Below, one piece after another: positions 18,101 to 26,373 of a stretch of DNA of 50,182 nt (within the stretch, counting starts at the first letter, position 1; every line of letters starts with the position of its first letter). Source of the stretch: a virus. Lineage: Duplodnaviria > Caudoviricetes. The position numbers and the translations under genes are program-made. Location: positions 1 to 50,182 of the IMG/VR virus record IMGVR_UViG_3300044615_001189. One strand, written 5' to 3'. The notes under the pieces are model-generated. The model worked only from the letters and a program-made list of their open reading frames with translations. It did no database searches and was not told where the DNA came from.

Positions 18101-19478
18101 GGGGCTGACCTCTGGCTGCGAGCATGTGCGCGACCCATCCTGGCTTGTAGCCGCGCTCGCGGGCGATCGTTTCAAGCTCCTCGCGGGTGCGGGCCTTGGC
18201 GACCTCGCGGCGCTCGATGCGGCGGATCTCGGTGCCGGTGAGCTCCCGCAGGTCGCCATCGACCATCGTCAGCTCCCGCTTCGCGGTTTCGACCTCATGG
18301 CCGCACTCAGGGCATGGGTTGGCCGTGGAGGGGATGGCGGAGAAGCAGGTGGGGCAGATGCGGATCGGGAGCGCGGCGGACTTGCGGCCCTTGCCCTTGG
18401 GCCGGCCTTCGAGGGACCACTCGCGTGGATCAGTGGGGAGGCCGTGGCGGAGGGTGTTGCCCACGTGGTCGTTGACGATCGCGTGGGGCTTCCCGGGGCA
18501 TGGGCGGAGCACGCGGCCGACCTGCTGGAGGTGCAGGCCCAGGGAGTCGGTGGGCCGCAGCAAGATCGCGCCGGTGACCGATGGAATGTCGGTGCCCTCG
18601 CTGATGATGTCGCAGGAGGTGAGCACCTTCAGTTGCCCGGTGCCCAGGTCGTTGATGGTGCGGCGGCGGATGCCCCGGTCCATGGTGCCGTCGAGGCGAG
18701 CGGCGCTGATGCCCTGCTCGCGGAACGCCTCGGCCACGGCATCGGCGTGAGCGACGGAGCAGCAGAAGGCGATGGCGGTGCCGTTGTGGGTGTCCTCGAT
18801 GGTGCGGCGGTAGTGGGAGACGGCATCGCCCATGGCCTGGCCCTGGCGGAGGATGGTGTCGGAGTCGTGGCGGCCCTTCTTGGTGTCGAACCGCTTCACC
18901 GCCGACAGGTCGATGCCAGGCGGGGCGAACACCCTGGCGCGCACGAGGAAGCCCTCCTGGGTGCCCCATGCCGCGTCGGGGCCTTCGATGAGCACCTCGA
19001 ACTGATCGCCCAGGCCCCGCCCGTCGAGTCGCTCAGGAGTCGCGGTGACCCCCAGGACGTGGGCCCGGGGCATGGCGGCCAGCACCTTCGCCCAGGTGCC
19101 GGCGACGGCATGGTGGGCCTCGTCGACGATCAGCAGCTGGAAGAACTCGGGCGGGATGGTGTGGAGCCGCCGGGCGAGGGTCTGCACGGAGGCCACCTGC
19201 ACGCCCTGGCGGAGATCCTGGCGGTAGCCGGAGGCGATGACGCCGTGGTTGCAGCCGATCGCGTGGAGCGAGCGCGAGGACTGATCCACCAGCTCCTGGC
19301 GGTGGACCAGGATGCAGACCCGGTTGCCGCGGATCGCCGCCTGCTCGGCGATGTGGACGAACGTAAAGGTCTTGCCCATGCCGGTGGGCAGGACGAACAG
19401 GACGCGACGGTGGCCGGCCATGTAGGCACCGCGGATCTCGGCGACGGCTGAGGCCTGGAAGGGACGGAGAGAGACCAT
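18081..19478 (-). CDS. SF2 DEAD/DEAH-box helicase with C-terminal zinc ribbon
   Basis: LPTGMGKT, DEAHH, TATP, QQVGRVLR, CPTC..CPECG. Confidence 0.93.
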   Translation of the reverse strand: MVSLRPFQASAVAEIRGAYMAGHRRVLFVLPTGMGKTFTFVHIAEQAAIRGNRVCILVHRQELVDQSSRSLHAIGCNHGVIASGYRQDLRQGVQVASVQTLARRLHTIPPEFFQLLIVDEAHHAVAGTWAKVLAAMPRAHVLGVTATPERLDGRGLGDQFEVLIEGPDAAWGTQEGFLVRARVFAPPGIDLSAVKRFDTKKGRHDSDTILRQGQAMGDAVSHYRRTIEDTHNGTAIAFCCSVAHADAVAEAFREQGISAARLDGTMDRGIRRRTINDLGTGQLKVLTSCDIISEGTDIPSVTGAILLRPTDSLGLHLQQVGRVLRPCPGKPHAIVNDHVGNTLRHGLPTDPREWSLEGRPKGKGRKSAALPIRICPTCFSAIPSTANPCPECGHEVETAKRELTMVDGDLRELTGTEIRRIERREVAKARTREELETIARERGYKPGWVAHMLAARGQPHARAFG

Positions 19479-19555
19479 GGGTGAGAGCGTGTGCTGGGGG
19501 GTTGACTGTGACGGGAGAGTGCCCGATCCTCCCGCGAAATCAAGTGGTTACGCAA

Positions 19556-19610
19556 GTATGTAACGGTATGCGACGGGATGGAGCGGGATGCGCCGGGAAG
19601 TCTGTAGGGT
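19556..19610 (+). promoter_or_regulatory. Divergent early control region: 10-bp tandem repeats plus -10 box
   Basis: gtatgtaacg/gtatgcgacg/ggatggagcg/ggatgcgccg, then TAGGGT at 19605. Confidence 0.6.
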
Positions 19611-19635
19611 CGGAAGCGACCCCCGCAATTCACAG

Positions 19636-19857
19636 ATGAGGGATTGGATCGACTCCATCAGGGCGACCTGTTGGGCCTTCCGGGACATCCGGGAGGCAAG
19701 CCTGGCGGAGCTCCGCCAGCAACGGCAGCAGAAGCGGATCCGCGCGATGAGCGACGAGGAGCTGATGCTGTGCGCTCGCCAGTGGGGCGGGCATGTGGTG
19801 CGGCCTGAGCTGCGCCGCCGCGGCCTGCCGTTCCCTGGGGAGCGGACCGGTGCCTGA
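19636..19857 (+). CDS. Hypothetical protein
   Basis: MRDWIDSI...; first ORF of the rightward operon. Confidence 0.55.
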   Translation: MRDWIDSIRATCWAFRDIREASLAELRQQRQQKRIRAMSDEELMLCARQWGGHVVRPELRRRGLPFPGERTGA

Positions 19858-20659
19858 GCTGATCCACCACGAGGGCCTGAGCAACGAGGCCTACCACAGC
19901 CTGAAGGCTGTCAGCCCCAGCCAGATCAAGGTGCTGGGCCGCAGCCCGCTGCACTACTTCGACCAGTTTCTGGCGGAGGACCGGGAGAAGCGTGAGCCGA
20001 CCCCGGCGATGTTGATGGGCACCGCCCTGCACACCGCCGTCCTTGAGCCGGAGCTGTGGGGCAGCACCATCGCGGTGCCGCCGCATAGCTTCGACCGCCG
20101 CACCAAGGTGGGCAAGGAGCTGGCGGCCGAGTTCGAGCGCGAGAGCGCCGGGAAGATCGTGCTCTCCCCGGAGGACGCGGACCAGGTGCGCAGGATGGCG
20201 GACGCAGTGCGGAAGCATCCTGCTGCTGGCTTCCTGCTGGAGCTCCCCGGCCGGCGGGAAGCCAGCTACACCTGGAAGGATCCGGCCACGGGGCTGGAGT
20301 GCAAGACGCGGCCGGACTGGCACAGCGATGACCGGCGCATCGTGGTGGACGTGAAGACGTGCCGCGACGCCAGCCGGGTGGAGTTCGCGAAGTCGATCGC
20401 CAACCTCGACTACCACGTGCAGGCGGCCTGGAACCAGGGCGCGCTGCAGGCCGAGCAGTTCCTGACGATCGCGGTGGAGAACGTGCGGCCCTATGCCGTG
20501 GCGGTCTACCCCGCGAGCGGTGCGCTGATCGCTGCCGGCCAACGCCGGATCGAGGCGGCGATGGAGCTGCTGGCCGAGTGCTGGAAGTCGGGCCGCTGGC
20601 CTGGCTACGGCGACCTGGTGCAGGAGCCGATCGAGCTGCCCGGCTGGTGCCGGGACTGA
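19850..20659 (+). CDS. RecE-like PD-(D/E)XK exonuclease (DUF3799-like)
   Basis: SNEAYH, GTALHTAVLEP, CKTRPDW, VDVKT, YHVQAA. Confidence 0.88.
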   Translation: MPELIHHEGLSNEAYHSLKAVSPSQIKVLGRSPLHYFDQFLAEDREKREPTPAMLMGTALHTAVLEPELWGSTIAVPPHSFDRRTKVGKELAAEFERESAGKIVLSPEDADQVRRMADAVRKHPAAGFLLELPGRREASYTWKDPATGLECKTRPDWHSDDRRIVVDVKTCRDASRVEFAKSIANLDYHVQAAWNQGALQAEQFLTIAVENVRPYAVAVYPASGALIAAGQRRIEAAMELLAECWKSGRWPGYGDLVQEPIELPGWCRD

Positions 20660-20697
20660 CCATCAACCCTATTGAGAACCATTCGCATTAAGCCCCG

Positions 20698-21450
20698 ATG
20701 AGTGAATCAACCGCACTGACTCTCCAGCCGGTCCAGCCGCAGGGCCCCGGCGCTCTCGCCTTCCTCCACGACGGTGCTGCCTTCGAGCACCTGTGGCGTG
20801 TGGCCAAGGCGTTCAGCATGTCCGGCATGGTGCCGGGCCATTTCCAGGGCAAGCCTGAGAGCTGCATGGTCGCCCTGATGTATGCCCAGCAGCTGGGCGA
20901 GCATCCGATGGTGATGTTCCAGGAGGTGACCGTCATCAACGGCCGCCCGGGGACGAGCGCCCGCTTTGCCATCGCCCGCGCGAACAAGTCGGGCCTGCTC
21001 CAGGGCCCGATCACCTGGAAGTCAAAGGGCCAGGACGCCGCGCTGGAGGTGACAGCCTCGGCGGTGCTGCGCGAGACCGGCGAGGTGATCACCGCCACGG
21101 TGACCATGAAGGAGGCCGCGGCCGATGGCTGGACCAGGAACAGCAAGTACAAGTCGATCCCGGAGCAGATGCTGCGGTGGCGCGCCGCCACCAGGCTGAT
21201 CAACCTCTACATGCCGGAGGTGCTGTTCGGCCTGGGAGTGCGCGAAGAGGCTGAGGTGCGGCCGGTGACGGTGCGCGACCAGCCGGCCGAGGGCGGCAAC
21301 GTGGTGGCGGACCTGAACCGCCAGATCGCGGCCGCTGCTGCGGGCCAGACCGATGCAGTGTCGCAATCGGATTCTGGCGAAGAAGTGACGGTGGAGCCTG
21401 TGGCGGTGCTTCAGGATGAGAACCAATCTGCAGTCGAAGATCCCTTCTAA
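20698..21450 (+). CDS. RecT/Redbeta-like single-strand annealing protein
   Basis: GMVPGHFQGKP, VINGRP, YKSIPEQMLRWRA; adjacent to the exonuclease. Confidence 0.75.
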   Translation: MSESTALTLQPVQPQGPGALAFLHDGAAFEHLWRVAKAFSMSGMVPGHFQGKPESCMVALMYAQQLGEHPMVMFQEVTVINGRPGTSARFAIARANKSGLLQGPITWKSKGQDAALEVTASAVLRETGEVITATVTMKEAAADGWTRNSKYKSIPEQMLRWRAATRLINLYMPEVLFGLGVREEAEVRPVTVRDQPAEGGNVVADLNRQIAAAAAGQTDAVSQSDSGEEVTVEPVAVLQDENQSAVEDPF

Positions 21451-21461
21451 GAGGTGTGCCT

Positions 21462-21677
21462 ATGGGAGAGAAAGCGTTTCTAACGAGTAAGGAGCTGTCC
21501 GATCGATGGCGGCTCAGCGACCAGACGTTGGCCAACTGGCGCTATGCGGGCAAGGGCCCGCGGTTCATCCGGGTTGGCAGCCGGGTTCTTTACCCCGCCG
21601 AGGGGATCCACGCTTTCGAGAAGTCGAGCAATTTCGGCAACGCGGAAGATCAACAACAACCACAAGCAACCACGTGA
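21462..21677 (+). CDS. Excisionase-like HTH DNA-binding protein
   Basis: FLTSKELSDRWRLSDQTLANWRYAGKGPRFIRVGSRVLY. Confidence 0.85.
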   Translation: MGEKAFLTSKELSDRWRLSDQTLANWRYAGKGPRFIRVGSRVLYPAEGIHAFEKSSNFGNAEDQQQPQATT

Positions 21678-22138
21678 ACGACCCAATCGCAATTCTGCTC
21701 CGCGCGAGCCTGCATCAGTTCATCGGCCGACTGGGGAAGGATCCTGAGATCCGTTACCTGGAAAGCGGCAAATGCGTCGTCAACGTCAACATCGGCGTGA
21801 ACTGGTTGTCCGACAAGGACCAGACGGACTGGATCAAGCTGGAGGTGTGGGGCGAGGCCGGGCAAGCCTTCGCCGACGCTGCCCGGAAGGGCTACCTGGT
21901 GCAGGTGGCGGGGAGGGTGAAGACCGACCGCTGGACGGATCGGAGCACCGGCGAGGAGAAAATGCAGCTGTGCTGCAGGGTGGAGAGCTGGAAGGTGCTG
22001 GCGACGCCCCAGGGCGGCCAGGCGGCACCGGCAGCGGCCCCAGCGGCGGCCCCCGCGCCTGCGGCGGTGGCCCCGGCTCCCGCTCCGGCAGCGCCGCCGG
22101 TGTGGCAGACACCGGACCACGACGGGATCCCGTTCTGA
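21674..22138 (+). CDS. ssb: Single-stranded DNA-binding protein, cyanobacterial type
   Basis: GRLGKDPEIRYLESG, TDWIKLEVWG, DRWTDRSTGE, acidic tail DGIPF. Confidence 0.92.
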   Translation: MNDPIAILLRASLHQFIGRLGKDPEIRYLESGKCVVNVNIGVNWLSDKDQTDWIKLEVWGEAGQAFADAARKGYLVQVAGRVKTDRWTDRSTGEEKMQLCCRVESWKVLATPQGGQAAPAAAPAAAPAPAAVAPAPAPAAPPVWQTPDHDGIPF

Positions 22139-22158
22139 TCGAGGCCGGGTGATGGGAC

Positions 22159-22192
22159 AAGGGCCCGCTCCACTGGGGCGGGCCTTTCCTTT
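22159..22192 (+). terminator. Intrinsic terminator after ssb
   Basis: GGCCCGCTC-CACTG-GGGCGGGCC followed by TTTCCTTT. Confidence 0.75.
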
Positions 22193-22242
22193 GTGAAGAT
22201 GTGTAACAGCCGCTAGGCGCGGCCGGTGGCAGCGCGGATGAT
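22193..22242 (+). promoter_or_regulatory. HLR1-like direct repeat plus -10 box
   Basis: GTGAAG-ATGT-GTAACA, 28 nt, GATGAT. Confidence 0.6.
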
Positions 22243-22279
22243 GGCCTCACGGGGGACGACCCCCACCGCTCTCGCTCTC

Positions 22280-22510
22280 ATGGACATCCTCGACAGCACC
22301 TACTACCGCTCGCACGGCCGGAAGCCGCGCGGTCGCGGCTCCTGGGCCTTCTGCCCCTGGAGCAAGCAGAACGCTCTCGACTACCTGCAGCACACGATCT
22401 TCAGCCCCGGCGGCATGACGTTCACCGAGGCAAAGCGCTGGGCACGGCGGCACGCCAGCGACCCCAGCTCGCCGCTGGCTGGCGTCCGCACTGTCGCCGT
22501 GATGCCCTGA
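22280..22510 (+). CDS. Hypothetical protein
   Basis: MDILDSTYYRSHGRKPRGRGSWAF... Confidence 0.7.
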   Translation: MDILDSTYYRSHGRKPRGRGSWAFCPWSKQNALDYLQHTIFSPGGMTFTEAKRWARRHASDPSSPLAGVRTVAVMP

Positions 22511-22545
22511 GCGGCACCCCCTCCCCATCGCATCGCTTTCACCCC

Positions 22546-22938
22546 ATGACCCGTTTCATTGAGCTGCGCTTCCAGGTCCGCGACCACGGCGAAAAGCGCA
22601 TCAAGATCACCCCGGCCTGGGCCGGGAAGGGCATCGCCATCCACAAGCCGATCGCCTTCGACCCGGACACCCGCGAGCCGTACTTCCAGGAGGTCCAAGG
22701 CCTGTGGCGGCTCAGCCACATCAACTCCGGCCTGGCGCTGGGTGCCTGCATGGGCAGCCTGGATCGGGCCAAGAGCTTCGCCCGCGAGTGGGACCTGGAG
22801 TTCGCCGTGCCAGATCCCAAGGCCGTGATGGCTCCCAGCCGACTGAAGGAATGGGCCGCCGTGATGGAGGAGATGAAGACCGAGCCGCCGCGCAAGCCGC
22901 GCCAGCCGGCCATCCGCCGCGGCCGGGAGGTGGCCTGA
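22546..22938 (+). CDS. Hypothetical protein
   Basis: 130 aa ORF, TGATG-coupled to the methyltransferase. Confidence 0.65.
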   Translation: MTRFIELRFQVRDHGEKRIKITPAWAGKGIAIHKPIAFDPDTREPYFQEVQGLWRLSHINSGLALGACMGSLDRAKSFAREWDLEFAVPDPKAVMAPSRLKEWAAVMEEMKTEPPRKPRQPAIRRGREVA

Positions 22939-24356
22939 TGTTCAACCCCGACTTCTACCCCACCCCTGAGCTGGTGGCGGCCACGATGCTCGATCCCCTC
23001 GACCTTCGCGGCCGCACCGTGGTCGAGCCCTCGGCAGGCTCCGGGAACCTGGTCCGCGCGGCCCTGGAGCGCGGTGCCGAGGAAGTGCTGATGGTCGAGC
23101 CGGAGCCGAAGCTGCGGGCAATCCTGGCGGCAATCACCGGCGGCCGGCTGATCGGCAGCGACTGGCTGCAGGTCCAGGCGGAGCAGATCAGCCACGTGGA
23201 TCTGATCGTGATGAACCCGCCCTTCAGCGCGGACGAGCACCACATCCTGCACGCTTGGGCCATCGCCCCGGCCGGCTGCGAGATCGTGAGCCTCTGCAAC
23301 TGGTGCACGATCGAGGACAGCCGCTGGGGCTCCAGAGCCAGCCGGGAGCTCCGCACACTGATCGAGCAATACGGCAGCCGCCAGAACCTGGGCTCGGTGT
23401 TCGAGGACGCGGAGCGCACCACCCGGGTGGAGATCGGCCTGGTGCGGCTGACGAAGCCCGGCCAACGTGTAAGCGGCGCTGATGAGTTCGACGGGTTCTT
23501 CCTCGGGCCCGACGACATCGAGGCCCAGGGCGAGGGGATCATCCCTTACCGCCGGAGCCGCGACCTGGTGAACCGGTACGTCGAGGCCTGCCGCATCTAC
23601 GACCAGCAGCTGGAGGCCGGCGTGCGGCTGCAGGCCCAGGTGGGCGGCATCTACAAGGGCGAGCTCGGCCTGCAGATCACCATGGAGGGCTGCACCGCCA
23701 GCCGGAACCGCTTCCGGAAGGAGCTGCAGAAGAGCTTCTGGGAGTCGGTGATCGCCGAGATGCTGCCGCGCGAGATGGCCACCAGCCAGCTCCAGGGCGA
23801 CATCAACACGTTCGTGGAGCAGCAGACCAAGGTGCCGTTCACCGAGCGGAACCTGTTCCGCATGCTGCAGATCATCGCGGGCACGACGGATCAGCGGATC
23901 GACCGAGCGGTGGAGGCGGCGTTCGACGAGCTGACCCGCCACACCGCCGAGAACCGGTGGCAGGTTGAAGGCTGGAAGACGAACGACGCCTACCTGTTCA
24001 ACCAGAAGTTCATCGTGCCCTACCTGGCGGAGCCGGACTGGAGCGGCGGCACTGTGAGCCTGAAGCGGTGGAGCGGCAACTTCCCGCGGATCCGCGACCT
24101 GATCAAGGCGCTGGTCTACATCACCGGCCGGCCCTATGCCGAGGTGGAGGATCCCGCCTGCGGGTATGACCGGATCGAAGCCGGGGTCTGGTACGACTGG
24201 GGCTTCTTCGAGTTCAAGGTGTTCAAGAAGGGCACCGGCCACTTCCGGTTCAAGGATCCGGAGGACTGGGCTGCGCTGAACGCCCGGGTGGCGCGGATCA
24301 AGGGCCTGGTGCTGCCGGAGAAGCTCCGCCGCAAGGGCCGCCGTGCGCGAGTGTGA
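22938..24356 (+). CDS. Amino-DNA methyltransferase with DUF4942-like C-terminal domain
   Basis: DFYPTP, EPSAGSGN, MNPPF; GWKTNDAY...KVFKKGTGHFRF. Confidence 0.88.
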   Translation: MFNPDFYPTPELVAATMLDPLDLRGRTVVEPSAGSGNLVRAALERGAEEVLMVEPEPKLRAILAAITGGRLIGSDWLQVQAEQISHVDLIVMNPPFSADEHHILHAWAIAPAGCEIVSLCNWCTIEDSRWGSRASRELRTLIEQYGSRQNLGSVFEDAERTTRVEIGLVRLTKPGQRVSGADEFDGFFLGPDDIEAQGEGIIPYRRSRDLVNRYVEACRIYDQQLEAGVRLQAQVGGIYKGELGLQITMEGCTASRNRFRKELQKSFWESVIAEMLPREMATSQLQGDINTFVEQQTKVPFTERNLFRMLQIIAGTTDQRIDRAVEAAFDELTRHTAENRWQVEGWKTNDAYLFNQKFIVPYLAEPDWSGGTVSLKRWSGNFPRIRDLIKALVYITGRPYAEVEDPACGYDRIEAGVWYDWGFFEFKVFKKGTGHFRFKDPEDWAALNARVARIKGLVLPEKLRRKGRRARV

Positions 24357-24402
24357 ACAGTTGTTACAGAGCCGTGGCGAGCGGCTGTGGCGTCGTGATG
24401 AT
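24353..24402 (+). promoter_or_regulatory. HLR1-like direct repeat plus -10 box
   Basis: GTGAAC-AGTT-GTTACA, 28 nt, GATGAT. Confidence 0.6.
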
Positions 24403-24447
24403 GGGTCCATCGCCCCCGACGGGGCGGCACCTCTCGCCTCTCAACTC

Positions 24448-24645
24448 ATGACCACCACCTACATCACCAAGGCCCGCCGCCAAGACCTGATTGAGCAGTA
24501 CATGGACTGTTGGTTTGGCACCGAGAGCTACTCCACCGAAGATGCGGCCGAAAGCGAAGGCCAATGGATGCGCAGCCAGCTCGAAGCGATGAACAACAGC
24601 CAGCTCGTCGCTGAGTGCAAGGCATCCGGGTGGGGGATCGCCTGA
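24448..24645 (+). CDS. Hypothetical acidic protein
   Basis: MTTTYITK...; first gene after the 24353 promoter. Confidence 0.7.
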   Translation: MTTTYITKARRQDLIEQYMDCWFGTESYSTEDAAESEGQWMRSQLEAMNNSQLVAECKASGWGIA

Positions 24646-24650
24646 CCCCC

Positions 24651-24676
24651 ACGGCCCGCCGGGAGCCAATCCCGGC
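24651..24676 (+). ncRNA. Conserved intergenic RNA structure (predicted H-type pseudoknot), copy 1
   Basis: ACGGC-CC-GCCGGGA-GCC-AA-TCCCGGC, 5 nt after TGA. Confidence 0.6.
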
Positions 24677-24705
24677 ACCTCTCACCCTCTCACCTCTCAC
24701 CAGCC

Positions 24706-25002
24706 ATGTCCCGCTCCAGCATCACCCTCGTCGGCCGCGCCAGCCAGCTTGCGTTTCGCGAGTTCGAGTCCGGCACCACCCGCGCATCTTTCACCCTCAC
24801 AGTCAAAGGCCGCGGCGATCGGCCGCCCCTGGTGGTCGAGTGCGAGGGCTGGGGCACGAAGATCCGCGAGCAGTTCGAGCTGATGGACGAGGGCTGCCTC
24901 GTCGGCATCATCGGCTCCCTGACCAAGGGTGCGGTCGGTGCCATGCCGCTGGTGCGACTCGACCGCCTCGAGCACCTGGGCCAGCCCCTGGCGGCGGCCT
25001 GA
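24706..25002 (+). CDS. Second SSB-like OB-fold protein lacking an acidic tail
   Basis: ITLVGR...FESG...FTLTV...CEGWG...GCLVGIIGSL. Confidence 0.7.
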   Translation: MSRSSITLVGRASQLAFREFESGTTRASFTLTVKGRGDRPPLVVECEGWGTKIREQFELMDEGCLVGIIGSLTKGAVGAMPLVRLDRLEHLGQPLAAA

Positions 25003-25007
25003 CCGCC

Positions 25008-25039
25008 GCGGCCCGCCGGGAGCCGTTCCCAATCCCGGC
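25008..25039 (+). ncRNA. Conserved intergenic RNA structure (predicted H-type pseudoknot), copy 2
   Basis: GCGGC-CC-GCCGGGA-GCCGT-TCCCAA-TCCCGGC, 5 nt after TGA. Confidence 0.65.
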
Positions 25040-25065
25040 AGTCGTCAACTCTGCATCCATCATCA

Positions 25066-25332
25066 ATGGCACTCGAAAACCGCACCGTGATCCTGAACGG
25101 GGCTCAGTTCACGCTCGGGAAGAAATACCGAGACAGCGTTCTCGGCGTCGAAGGAACCGCAGTCGCATCGGCCACCTACCTCACCGGCTGCGATCAGATC
25201 CAGCTGGCTGCACGTGACGCCAACGGCATGCCCTACAGCCAGTGGTTCGACGTGACCCGGATCGAAGGGGTCGAGGTCGAAGAGCGGCCCGGCGGCCCTG
25301 GGCCCAACATCACCGCGCGCCACCCTGGCTGA
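25066..25332 (+). CDS. Hypothetical phage protein
   Basis: LGKKYRDSVLGVEG...YLTGCDQ...WFD...PGGP. Confidence 0.75.
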   Translation: MALENRTVILNGAQFTLGKKYRDSVLGVEGTAVASATYLTGCDQIQLAARDANGMPYSQWFDVTRIEGVEVEERPGGPGPNITARHPG

Positions 25333-25337
25333 TCTCT

Positions 25338-25367
25338 GCGGCCCGCCGGAGCCGCCCCCAATCCGGC
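25338..25367 (+). ncRNA. Conserved intergenic RNA structure (predicted H-type pseudoknot), copy 3
   Basis: GCGGC-CC-GCCGGA-GCCGC-CCCCAA-TCCGGC, 5 nt after TGA. Confidence 0.65.
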
Positions 25368-25390
25368 CGCCCCATCACCAACATCCCCTC

Positions 25391-25555
25391 ATGCGTTTCG
25401 CCCTCGTTTTCTTCTACCTGGCCTTCACCGTTGGAATCAGTGCCGGCTTCTTCCATGCCCTGTCGAGCACGCTGACCGACATGACCCGGCGCGACTGCCG
25501 CCTGGGTATGCCGGCTGCCTGCGAACAGCTCCAGCGCGACGGGGTGCAGCCGTGA
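25391..25555 (+). CDS. Small membrane protein (54 aa, absent from the ORF track)
   Basis: MRFALVFFYLAFTVGISAGFFHALSSTLTDMTRRDCRLGMPAACEQL...; hydrophobic N-terminus plus DCxxGxxxAC. Confidence 0.65.
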   Translation: MRFALVFFYLAFTVGISAGFFHALSSTLTDMTRRDCRLGMPAACEQLQRDGVQP

Positions 25556-25749
25556 GCTTTGCCCTTCGCCGCGGCCGGCAGTGGATCACCGCGCCTGATG
25601 GCGATGGTGATCCGATCCCGCCCACACTGGTGCCAGGAGACGACCAGGCCCTCGCCTGGGTTGCTTCCAACATCGACATCGCGCATGAGCGCCAGGCCTT
25701 GATCAAAATGCTCTGGGGCTGGACCACCGAAATCCGTGCACTCCCATGA
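25552..25749 (+). CDS. Hypothetical protein
   Basis: GTGA overlap coupling. Confidence 0.6.
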   Translation: MSFALRRGRQWITAPDGDGDPIPPTLVPGDDQALAWVASNIDIAHERQALIKMLWGWTTEIRALP

Positions 25750-25955
25750 GCATTGCCATCCCACCTTCCGCCTGGCGGTTGCAGCCCGGCCAGCAAGCGT
25801 TCGTGCGCGGCTGGCCCCAGGGCGAGACCGTGCTGATTCTCGCCCAGCTGGAGTTCATCGACTGGCCCCACTACATCGTGGCCGACAGCAACGGAGCCGA
25901 GTGGCGCATCAGCCAGCTGCAGCTCTCCAGCCGTCCGATCCCTGCGGACCGATGA
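25746..25955 (+). CDS. Hypothetical protein
   Basis: ATGA overlap coupling. Confidence 0.6.
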   Translation: MSIAIPPSAWRLQPGQQAFVRGWPQGETVLILAQLEFIDWPHYIVADSNGAEWRISQLQLSSRPIPADR

Positions 25956-26164
25956 ACTGCCCTCAATGCGACGGGCTCAGCCGCGTCATCACCAGCCGGC
26001 CAGTGTTGGACATCCACGGCGGCCGGCTGCGGCGGCGTGCTTGCACTCGATGCCCCGCTCGCTGGTACAGCCTGCAACCTGAGCAGCCTGCTGAGGTGGC
26101 GATCCCGGCGGATGCCGTGAGCTGGATGGCCAGCGACGTGATAATCCATCGCGACAAGCTGTAA
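25952..26164 (+). CDS. NrdR-like N-terminal zinc-ribbon protein
   Basis: MNCPQC...SRVITSR...RRRACTRC..RW. Confidence 0.7.
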   Translation: MNCPQCDGLSRVITSRPVLDIHGGRLRRRACTRCPARWYSLQPEQPAEVAIPADAVSWMASDVIIHRDKL

Positions 26165-26169
26165 GGACC

Positions 26170-26373
26170 ATGAGCCGGGATTGGAACACGCCGCAGCGGG
26201 AGCCGTGGAACGTCCTGATCCGCGAAGCCCTGTGCGGCGTGGACCGTCACAACCGCGAGCTGCTGCGCACTGGTGATCCGCGACACGCGATCATGGCGCA
26301 GCAGCTGCGCCAGTATGTGGGAGAGCTCAAGACCTGGATCCACCAGCAGGAGAACGATGAGCAGCGAGCCTGA
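26170..26373 (+). CDS. Hypothetical protein
   Basis: MSRDWNTPQREPWN...ELKTWI. Confidence 0.65.
   Translation: MSRDWNTPQREPWNVLIREALCGVDRHNRELLRTGDPRHAIMAQQLRQYVGELKTWIHQQENDEQRA

Noticed and set aside
24643-25367. CRISPR array, integron attC sites or intrinsic terminators
   Set aside because: The repeats are separated by whole genes, lack GTTRRRY/RYYYAAC boxes and have no U tract; there is no cas gene or integron integrase.
24643-25367. Bacterial SECIS elements
   Set aside because: They follow UGA, but the shape is a pseudoknot rather than a SelB-type hairpin, and the UGAs are at ORF ends without a redox-motif context. Not formally excluded.
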